From Blastocladiella emersonii ATCC 22665 (lineage: Eukaryota; Fungi; Blastocladiomycota), in contig JANHCV010000005.1 in assembly GCA_025594325.1 (NCBI GenBank), forward strand, positions 310,001 through 374,000: 64,000 nt of DNA, read 5' to 3'. The stretch's first letter is position 1. Each line of letters begins with the position of its first letter. Positions 24,314 through 34,339 of this stretch are shown in pieces. The translations under genes were made by a program, and so were the position numbers. The notes under the pieces were generated by a model. It made no database searches and had not been told where the DNA came from. It saw only the letters and a list, made by a program, of their open reading frames with translations.

Positions 24314-24674
24314 AGATTTCGTTGCGGCAAGTTACATGAGAGCAGCTGCCATATGCCGGTCTATCAGCGAGGAGCAATCAGTCTGGCGGACGAGACGAGG
24401 AGGAAGGCGACCCCGCTCGAACGGCGCCGCCGGATTGCGCCACTCACATGATATCGCATCGCGTCTCACAGGGCAAGTCGCCTCCGCGGTTGGTAGCAAA
24501 CGATGAAAGTATATCGTAAGAGCGTGAAATCCGAACAGGTGTGGGACAAGGTTCATGTGCGACAGTGCAAATTTGGCGGACGACATGCGATTAGACTCGC
24601 TCGCTTTATGATCACTAACGCGCGCGTGTGTGCTCCGCGATCAGTGTGGCCGCACCGGTACTCTTCCGAAAGCT

Positions 24675-26670
24675 TCACACGGTTGGTAGAGCAAAGAGGA
24701 ATCGAATTACAATGACAAAACGGCGAAACGCGAACAAAGGCGAAGCGAGATCGCTTGATCTTTCTTCGTCCTCGGATCCCTTGGGGCAAGGATCGAAATG
24801 GTTGGTGTCCGTAAGCATCAGCTCGGCACCTAGCTGGGACGAAGCAGCCTGGTACAACAAGTTTCGGCTCTCGAAATGGAATGAGTAACTTACGTCCAGC
24901 TGGACGAGATTGGGCGGCAGCCACTGGGCGAGAAGCATCGCGCTCCGGGGGCCAAGGAAGTTGTGGCTCAGGTCCAGGTACTGTAGCGTCGCGGGGAACG
25001 CACGAACAAGCGCGGGCATCGATCTGTCGTCAAAGTCCGTGAGGGAAAGGCTAAGATGCGTGAGGCGAGGGGGCATGAGTTCGGCCAGAACAGCGACTCC
25101 CTCGTTTCCGATCGAGTTCGACTCGAGGTCGAGACGGAGCAGGCCGGGAGATAGCCGAGTCAAGTAGTGCGCCAAAAAGTCCGATGTCATGCGAGTCCCG
25201 TTCATGTACAGCCACTCGAGCTTGCGAGGAAGCGCGTTAGCCAGCGTACGGTGCGCGGCTCAAATGGTACAACTTGTCAGCGAAACCACTCGCAGGCTGT
25301 GACGGCAGTCGCCTCGGAGCGCGCGGATCAGTGCACGAACGGCAACTTGGGTCTTGATCGAGTTATCAGCGTTGAGCTCAAGCAGTGAAGCAGGCAGCTG
25401 CCAGCACAGCTCGTGGTCGGGGACGGAGTCGCTAAGCTTGGAGTTGTCGTTGACGTACAAGTGCTTGAGGCACGTTGGAAGGAGCGGGGATATCGCCTCA
25501 AAGCCAACGCCAGTGAGCCCCGTGGAGCCGAGCTTGAGTTCAGTCAAGTACGGCGGGAGGGTCCGGACGATCAGGGCAAGGCCCACGTCATCGAGCTGAC
25601 AACCGTCTAGATCGAGATAGCGAAGCGTCGCAGGAAGCCTGCCAAGAAGAGCAGCCATGGCGCGCGGAGACGCGGCGCTTCCGTGAATGGTGAGAATCTC
25701 GAGATGCAACGGCCAGGGCGACTGATTAAATACGCCGCGGGGCAGCGAACGCTGGAACCAGGTGCCGTCTAGGTAGAGCTCCGTCAAAGACGCATGAAGC
25801 TGAAGAGCAAAAAGGTGACGCAGATCGTAAGCGCAATCCATAAATCCAAGAGCTGCAAGCTTGCACCGCGGGCTAGACATTGCTCTATAATCTCGTCCTT
25901 CATTATGAGCTTGTTGACTGCAACGCCCTTGTGATTGGCGAGAATTGTCTAATTCGGATCGCGCAGGGTCCGGGTTTTCTGCAGCAGCGGTTTCGATAGT
26001 GAGGTGAGTATTTTGTTAACGGTCAGCGGCACACAGAGTCTTCGGACCTGCCGGAAAGAGCGAGGGTAAAAGACACCCCAGTCGAACCCAAGCGCGATGC
26101 TCGCCGTGATGTTTGACGTGGGCCCGTCGTAAGGCACACACATGATACGGATCCACTCAAAGATCGGAAGGTGGCGGTTGTTCGTGTTGAGTGGCGAAGG
26201 AGGGGACTCGAGGAGACACGATACAGCTAGTCAGGGTTGTGTATTCCTGCCTCGGCCCCGAACCAGGGCTGGGTGAGGGAGAGAGGATGACAAAAGCGGG
26301 AGCGCCGCCGCGGGGTCGCGGCGGGGCGAAAGAGGCGGTTGTGGGCGAACCACGCGAGATCAGGTGGATGATCACCCCGATCACCACCGCATGAACGACG
26401 CGTAACAGTTCGAAGCAACTTCAATCAAGTCCGCTGGCATGCCAGTCAAGAGACCCAGCCGGCGCCGCTTCTCGAGAACGGATACGCGCCCGCTGGCGAC
26501 GACTTTTTGGTGGACAGTCGCGGTGCAATGGCAAGAACGGTGTGATGCACAACTGGAATCCGGTGCTCGCGCATCACGCGGGCGTACTGCGCAAGGCCCT
26601 CGAGGTCGTCGCGGTCGTCGTGATCGAGAACCGCCTGGACCAAGATGGACTCGATGAGCCAAGGAGCGTT
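24675..26670 (-). pseudogene. Ankyrin-like + LRR paralog 2 (in-frame TGA at 25260-25262, frameshifts, ~200-bp insertion near 26200-26400)
   Basis: IESILVQAVLDHDDRDDLEGLAQYARVMREH matches paralog 1. LRRs LRYLDLDGCQLDDVG and LQYLDLSHNFLG. ORFs 25260-25880 and 24675-25205 are in the same frame across one stop. Confidence 0.75.
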
Positions 26671-26964
26671 CAAGCGCGGACGACGTTGCATAGGACACAT
26701 GGAAGTCATTGCATCAAGTTACATGTGAGCGGAGACCGCGATGTGACCATGAAGTGGAGAAAGGAGGTTGAACGCTGCCGCTGGGAGCAAGCCCACCCAA
26801 CCGAACTCCCATCCGTGCGTTTCACATGATTTTTGCGTCGCGTCGTTGTGGTTCTCGGCTCGATCGCTATGCCCGGATTGTGAGAATTCGGTGCACTACT
26901 TGAACGTGTGGCCTTCAGCCACTGGGACGACGTTTCTTGTCGCTGCTGCTTTGATGATAAGCAA

Positions 26965-27035
26965 GCACGCATGGTTTAATGGTAAAATTCTACCCTCCCA
27001 AGGTAGAGCTCCGGGTTCGATTCCCGGTGCGCGCA
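26965..27035 (+). tRNA. tRNA-Gly, anticodon CCC (A3:C70 acceptor mismatch)
   Basis: 71 nt. D arm TGGTTTAATGGTAAAAT, anticodon stem CTACC/GGTAG with loop CT-CCC-AA, T arm CCGGG-TTCGATT-CCCGG, discriminator A, followed by TTCTTTT. Confidence 0.9.
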
Positions 27036-27317
27036 TTCTTTTGATTTAGGTTTGGAGCGAGAAGTGCAAGCCTCGTTGCGACGGGATGGTCGGTACTCTC
27101 ACTCGGCGTATTCGCGTCCCTCTCTACGGACGATCGATTCTCTTGGTCGGCGGATGCGTGTGCAATGCACAATTGTCCCGGATCATTTGTGCGATCAATC
27201 GCCGATCAACCCGCCAGCGATGAAGCGGGAGCTCGTAATGTGGGCCGAGTTGTCGGCTTGTCTCTACCGTAAGCTGAGCGGTGAAAGACGAATGCAATCG
27301 GTGGACAGCGCGAGGGT

Positions 27318-27361
27318 TTTAGATTTAGGTTTAAATTTAGGTTTTGGGTTAGGTTTAGTTG
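27318..27361 (+). repeat. Degenerate TTTAGG/TTAGG telomere-like tandem tract
   Basis: tttagatttaggtttaaatttaggttttgggttaggtttag. The segment GATTTAGGTTTGG also occurs at about 27044 and 27448. Confidence 0.45.
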
Positions 27362-30300
27362 CGCTGACGTGCTCGAGCGCTGGAGTGAGCGAGCGAATGG
27401 AATTACTCGCGCAGTGCCGTTCGCCGGGTTGGACGATGCGATAGGTGATTTAGGTTTGGTGCTCTGAATGGACACGTTCGATTTGGACGCGTCGCGTTAT
27501 CACGTGCGCATGTCTCACGCGTCTGGTTGTCTCGCACCACCGCACGCGGCGGGCGCGTACCGCAGTGCCTTGAGGGAGACGGCGCTCACAGTACACAGCC
27601 CCGCAAAGATCGAGTGGCGAGAACACAATGGCCCAGGACGTCCGACTTTGGATTCCATTCCATGACTGGGGGAGTGGGCCGGCGTGGTCGAATTTTACTG
27701 TGGTCGAATTTTACTATGTTGTCGCCGCGAGCCTGATACTGGAAACATGCAACAGCAAGCATTTTGACCCTCCCTTGTTTCGCGTCTGCATCGGAAATCG
27801 CGGATCACAAATTGTGCGGCCAGCTGCAAATTTGCACTCAATTCTTGGGCCGGGTCGGGCGAGGGTCGAAATCGCAAACAAAGATTTCCGGTCAATGCAA
27901 TACCTGAGTGTGATGGGGGAGGTCAGGGGGATTTTTCGCTGGTGGTCGCGGTGGTCAGAGTTGCCCTTGGAGAAAGTTGGACTCTTCACCACAACGGCTC
28001 AGTCGATTGCGCTGTTCTTGACGGTGATGAACTGATCGTGGTGGGAGCTACAAAAGAGCTAATTAAGCTTTGGGGTGGTTGGAAGCCGGGTGTCGAGAAA
28101 AAAATGGCGATCGGATTCTCAACGCTAACACACCGCCGGGGTTGATTCGAGAAGCTAACCTCGAAAGTCGTTCCTGCGCAACGGAGTGAAGGATGTGACT
28201 CGCGGAAATATACATAGCGCTCAGAGGAGCACGGAAACGATAGACACTGTTTGAATTCATGGGGTCGCGAATCGAGTACATCATCCAATCCAGAGGGTAA
28301 ACAGGCTTTCTCCTGGCGGCAAACTGGTCAACTACCTCTACCTCGGTAGATAAACTTGGTTTCCTGGCTGGGATTGCAGTTTACAGAGGGCGAAACGTGT
28401 GTTCGCCTGAAGGGGTTTGCGGTACGCATGCTGTTGCGGATTGCGCTTGCGGATCGAGCTTTTTAGATGGACGCCTACCGGCGCGGCAAGCCAAGCGGCC
28501 AAGAAGAGTTCGGAGTTCTCCAACATCTGTCTGAACGTGATCGCATGCTGGTTTAACTCGTACTAGTTGACGAGAGCGAGCGAGTGAAGGACCGCTTCCG
28601 CTAGCACGAATGGACAACAATTGCCAGCCTCGAGTAAAGCTGGTGAGCCCTGGTACTTAGCTTGCTCACAAGTCAGCGCTTCTGCGAGAGCGCGCGGGAC
28701 GGTCGCTCAACCAGTGAAGCACGTCCACGGCGCTGAACCGGCACGTTGCAAATCTTTCCAGACTTGAATGAGGTGCATGCGATCCAGTTGGTGCGATTGA
28801 GCGCCTGGAACGCATCAAAGGCCACTTCAGAGAGTTGCGAATGGTGCTATCCCTTTGCTTGAACACAGGGTTGCGGAACGGCCATGCTCAAGCTGCCTCT
28901 GACGCTGGTAGAACATGTAACACCGCGTGATCGAGCTTCACTATCTGCCACGCGACGCTTTTAGAGTTGAAACGCGAAGTGAACGTTTCCAGCTTCATGG
29001 TAGAGTCATGGATCAGTAGGCGACATTCTGTTCGTCACTCAAGGGCGGGTCTCCGACTTGGCGAGCGGCCCTATCAACTAGCTGAAGCTGCCGGCGGTCA
29101 AATCAAACGCGGACATGACTTCTGATGCGCTGGGAGCGACAGGCGCGGCTCGTCAGCGGCTGGCGATGCATGTGTTACGGGTTCGGCGCGGCGCTCGAAT
29201 CGCGCAAGAAGACATAAACTAAGCGCAATTTGAGAGAAGTCCATGGGTTTAAGACATTACATCAAGTGTTATCTGCAGCATACGTAAAATATGCCCGGAA
29301 GGTGGAGGGAGCAACTGAGTGAGCTGTGGCAGGCGTGTGAACTCCACCGTCCGACGCCACCGCAGGGTCACGTTGGCCGCGTCCGTTCACGCTTGGCATG
29401 CGAGCTCGTTCAGGCGCAAGATTCCCTCAAAACGCGATGAATGCCCTTTGCGGCTCGCTTGAGAACCTCGCGTGAGCTGCGGTGCGATCCGGCCGCTGCG
29501 ATGTGCTTGGTACTCGCTCTCACACAGCAGAGTTCGGCCACATCAGCAATATTCGCCTGTCGTCGCGCGGGCAAGAGAGCCGAAGGCATGAGCTCGCTCT
29601 TGGTCTGTCCGTACGACTGTGACACGGTTATCAGACCCGGCTCGCTTCTTGGCCCCTGTTTACGAAGGAAACGGTGGGCGCTCGCTGTGGACACGAATGC
29701 GCGGAATGGAACGGCGAGGTGCGACCCCAGGAACTGTCATGACAAGGGTCTCGTCGCTTCCAAAGCCTAACCAACATCTAAGCTTTCATCGACTCGAGAA
29801 CAAAGGGGGTAACCGCGCGGCCGCGTCACGACCCGGAACGCGCCGTGCCCTGCCAGTTCCTCCCTCCTCCCTCCTCCCTCCTCCCCTCGCAGTCCTGCTT
29901 TCAAGTGCAGCTAGTCGTTTTCTTTTTTTTTTTTTTAACCGCGCGTTTCAAGGCTAGCGAAACTGAGCGAGAGTCGTGGCACGGCGGGTTGCGAGACGGG
30001 CTGCGAGACGCGTCGCGAAAACACGTGTGCGGTCACGCGCACGTGACACAGCTTGGCGTGGACTTTGCCGCGAGCGCGCGTCGGGCGGCCGAGTGACTCT
30101 TTCGCCGCGCCGCGGTCGGTCCACGCTCCCTTGCTCATCACCACTCGCTGCAATGTATCACCCGTCCGCCAACGAAGCACACTACGATCTCGACGCACGG
30201 CAACCACGCGGCGACCGTCAACAGGTACGCGTCGCGTCCCGCTGCCGCGCCCGCCGCCGCGCGCTTGGCTCCCATCGCGCCGACCGTCGTGTTGCGCTCC

Positions 30301-31267
30301 CGTGGCGGTGCGCCCGGTGTGGTGCCCTTCACACTCAGCTCTGGCGCGTCGACGACGCGCTGTGAGACCAGCGGTGTCGTCGCTGCCGCGCGTGCGCACC
30401 GTCGTACGCGGGCTCCGCCGCGCTCGTTCCTCGGGCGCAGCACGGCGCAGCGCAAGGGGACCCCACCGGGCTACCAGCCGCGTGCGCGCTCGTCAAAGGT
30501 GCTGACACCTGTGCGGTGCCCATGTAGCCGCCGGCGCGCGTCTGCCACCAGGGACTCGACATTTGCTGACACATGGACCTGGGACCATTAAGTCAGCCTC
30601 GCTCGCGACGGTACGCCGTCTCCGCCACACCACCACCGCGTGTCTCATGCACTCACGCTGCACGCTCGCGCCAGTAGCGCCGACAGGCTCGCTCAAGCGG
30701 TTCGGCCGCGCCCACCACGTGGGCCAAGTCCCAGTCGCAGGTACGCTTGACTCTTCTCGTGGCTGCGCAAGAGTTGGTGCGCGACTGACATGCTCGCTCA
30801 CATTGCTCCTCGTAGCCCCTCGTGATCCACTGGTCTCTCGCTGCACCATCGAACCGCCACCTCTCGACGGATCAACAACTGATGCGCAGCATCCGCAAGC
30901 TGTAGGTTGCCGATTCCTAAGACGACTCGGTACGCCCTCGTCACACGCCGCTCGAGGCGCAGCGCGACTCACATGAGCTCTCGGACCTTTGTTGCTTGTA
31001 GCAGCGATCTCTGACCACCATCTCGCCCGGCCGGTTTCTGTACTCGGCATCGTGCCGCGAGCTGACCGCGGATCGCGTCAAGCACGAGGCGCGTGCTGTC
31101 CGGTCGGTCACGGGCGGCGAACCGGAGACGGCGTCCGCGGTCCGCTCCGGTACCTGCTTGTCGTGCATCGTCGTCGCGCATGGGCGTTGATTCCGACTCG
31201 CATGCCGCGCGACCCGCGGCGGTGGCGACCTGACCTGTATCTGAGATCTCCCTGTACGCAATACACT

Positions 31268-31510
31268 CGCAAATTTGTACCAAAACGCAGTCCCCATCTT
31301 GAGAATATGCCATCAATTTGCGCGCCAACCGGATCGCTCGCCTCACTAATTGGCCATCAAATCCGCCATCAAATCGCAGCAGATTGAGCGGCAATTGGTT
31401 GCAAATTCGCTGTCCAAGCCGACCCGCGGGCCGCCGCTCAATTTGGTGCAAATTTGCTCAGGTTTAAAATTTGCCTCCAAACCGTGTAAATTGGCCGCAA
31501 ATTCGCAAGG
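31268..31510. repeat. Cluster of degenerate AATT(G/T)G..GCAAATT(C/T)G direct repeats with a 9-bp inverted repeat
   Basis: aattggttgcaaattcg, aatttggtgcaaatttg and aaattggccgcaaattcg. ATTGAGCGG/CCGCTCAAT inverted pair at about 31383 and 31434. Confidence 0.5.
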
Positions 31511-31892
31511 CCCGGATTTCCGATGACTGAAGCTCAACTTGACTGAAGCTGAAGCATACTTAACTCGCCCCCATTGACGGCGGACGACCTCGGCTACTTC
31601 CCTCTACTCTGATGATTGTCGATGGATGCCCCTCGCGCCCACGGCGGACATCCGATCCTGTACTCCCTTTCACGGAAAGCGCTGCGAGCAAATGACTTGC
31701 TATCTTGCCTCAACCTTGCCGCAGCTGGAACTTCTGGGTCCCTCGAGTTCGCTGCGAAACTTACCTTTTCGCGATCGGGGCTAAACTAGGGTTTCGAAAG
31801 TACTTTCGTCTAACGAACTCCTTTCGATCGGGCTATTCGAACACTATACGGCAATTACGAGCAGGCAACCATATACCATTACCTTGAGCATT

Positions 31893-33712
31893 CTAGTTAA
31901 CAAATTCCATCAACTCGTTGTCAACCTCGTCATCATCGTCTCCGTCACTGTCGTCGTCCAGCTCCAGTCCTTCAAGTAGCGTGGGCGATGCCGCGCTTCG
32001 AAGCGCGTCTCTTCCGTCCGCGGTCACTAATTCGCACTCCACGAGCTCGAGCTCCATGAGGTTGGGAGGAAGCCACTCTGCAAGCACTCTGACACCTTCG
32101 TCCGTAAAGTCATTATTCGAGAGGACGAGTGACTCAAGCGATACGGGGAGCGCGTGGACGAGATCGATCAGCGAGTCGTCAACCAGGCCGATTTGATCCA
32201 AGGACAGTTTGATGAGTTGCGGCGGAAGATGCTCGGTGAGGACTGCGACTCCGTCTAGGAGATTGTGCAGGTCAACTGGCCGAATAATGCCCAAGTCAAG
32301 CTCTTGAAGCGAGCGCGGCAGGCGTTCAGCAAGGTATTTGAGTTTTCCGCAGCTCATGCCTGTGCCGCGAAGCGCAAGGACCTCGAGCGATGGCAGAAAC
32401 GAGTCCGCCAGGTTCATGAGCGTTTCGTAACTAAGTTCGTTGTAGGACATATTAATGGTCGCGAGCTGGCAATTTGCCATGGAGCGAACGAGGACGGATA
32501 GGTCGTCTTCGCTGAGCCCGCAGTTATCAAGATCAAGGTACTCGAGACCTGGCGGCAGAGCGCGGGCCAGGGCTCGAGCCTCCACGTTGCCAAGTCGGCA
32601 GCGGGTCATTTTGAGGCACACAAGCGTCGTCGGAAGTTCCCATTGTTGAGCACGGGTAGAGTCAGGCTTGGATCTGAAATTGTCGGTCAAGTCGAGCGAA
32701 TGAAGCCGTGGAGGAAGCTAAATGCTGGCATCGCTGAACCCGCGGGCGCTGATGTCAGCTTGCGGAAGCAGGAGTGACTGGACCGTTTTTGGAAGTACAA
32801 TGAGGACGCTAACCAGTCCTGCGTCACCGAGGCTGCACATGCAAAGGGCCAGAGTATGTAGCGTAGGCGGAAAGCGAGAAAAGATCCCGGCGTAAACGCG
32901 CGGCAGCATGGGGTAACCCGAAATGAAAAGTTCCTCTAGCCGTGACGGCCAAACCAGGCCATCAAAGGCATCGAGTTTAGTGTGTGGCGGGAACCACAAC
33001 GGCTCAAGCTTGAGGCTGACAAGCGTGTTTGGAATGCGCAGGGCAACGAAGCGCGGAATATCAAGCGTGCAAGCGCAATCGATACGAAGTGACTCGAGGC
33101 GCTGGTTCGGGCCCAACAATGCACCGTTGAGAAGCTGGATCCCGTCCATGGTGATAATTTGGTACTGGAGATCCAGCTCGGTGATCTGGCCGCTCGAGAT
33201 TCCATCAAGGCTCGCAAGAATTTGCTCGTCAGGTACGCCTGGTGTCGATCGGGGGCTCTACACATGATCCACCGTGTTAAGCGTGATCCGGCGATGCCCG
33301 TGAATGATTGCCGCCGTACCCCGAGCGCGATGTAAGCGTGGTCGCTGAAAGCAAAATTACCCTCTGGGATTACGACACCCGAATCGCGAATACACTCAAA
33401 AACGGCAAGGTCGTTGCCTTGTGAGATCTCCTTGAAGCAATCATACGTCAAAGCCAGAGGCAAGCTCAGTCGTTGCCGTTTGTGGAGCGCCGACATGTGG
33501 CCGCGAAGAAGCGCGGCATCAACGGACAGTTCCGGAGAGCACTGGAAAATGGCGCGCACTACGCGGGGAGCATCATGCTCGCGTAGGACGAAGGCATACT
33601 GCGCGAGTCCGTCAAGGTCGTATGGGTCGTCGTGCGCCCACACGGCGCGGACGAGGATCTCCTCGAGGATCGTGTGGATAGATAGCACTGGTCGTGTTTC
33701 CATAAGTTGCAT
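31893..33712 (-). pseudogene. Ankyrin-like + LRR paralog 3 (single in-frame TAG at 32718-32720); intron 33258-33319
   Basis: ILEEILVRAVWAHDDPYDLDGLAQYAFVLREH; same intron position after ALG; LRRs (LESLVLSNNDFTDEGV); acidic tail. The frames on both sides of the stop are continuous. Confidence 0.8.
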
Positions 33713-34018
33713 GTCTAGGGATGTGGGTTTGGCCGTGTGCGAGGGGAGTGAAGGCGATCCGATCCGTCTGACCCGAGGCGGAACTTGCAAAAATCAGCCG
33801 CACAGTCACGCCCACATCACCTGATTTCGCGACGCGTCTCTTCCGCGAGCCGGGTCGAGCGCTCGCGACCAAACGCGTGATATCACGGCGCGTTCGCGCC
33901 GGAAATCCCAGTCTTCGGCCCTAACGTCGTGCGGACGTCGGCGAAAGCGAACCCATACGATGGACACGACCAGGGTCTCCCGCGTGCTTGAACAAGTTCG
34001 CGTCGCTACTTCAGTGCG

Positions 34019-34309
34019 ATGATGGCGTCAAGTTCTCGTTTCTCGCTGATGGCCCTACTTATCGTGGGCCTCGTCATCGCCCGCCCACTACTGCGGACCA
34101 ACCCGGTCGCCTTCATCCGAATAGTTGCTGCTGTGTTCTTTCTCGCTCCAGTGGTAGGTCTGGGTAACTGGACAATCTTTGCCATGATGAAGCAGGCGGA
34201 GCTGACGCCGTTGGGCTTTTGCTTTTACCACGGACGGTCACTGGTCACATTGAGCGTTGCATCAACCAACGACGTGGTTCAATCGCGTGCGAGACAGTCA
34301 GGTTCCTAA
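34019..34309 (+). CDS. Small membrane protein; likely a degenerate member of the 840/48824 family
   Basis: Two to three hydrophobic helices. AVFFLAPV...KQAELTPL resembles TVFFLAVV...QQAGKTAL in ORF 48824-49225. Confidence 0.4.
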   Translation: MMASSSRFSLMALLIVGLVIARPLLRTNPVAFIRIVAAVFFLAPVVGLGNWTIFAMMKQAELTPLGFCFYHGRSLVTLSVASTNDVVQSRARQSGS

Positions 34310-34339
34310 GAGTCAAGTGTATTCCCTCCTCTCACCACC

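Noticed and set aside
25260-25262. In-frame TGA in LRR paralog 2 as selenocysteine or readthrough
   Set aside because: It aligns with a Gly codon position in paralog 1 (GGA to TGA), and the gene has additional frameshifts, so it is a pseudogene.
29400-31450. Multiple 100-185 aa ORFs in the island
   Set aside because: Arg/Ala-rich chance ORFs in GC-rich non-coding DNA, with no homology recognised.
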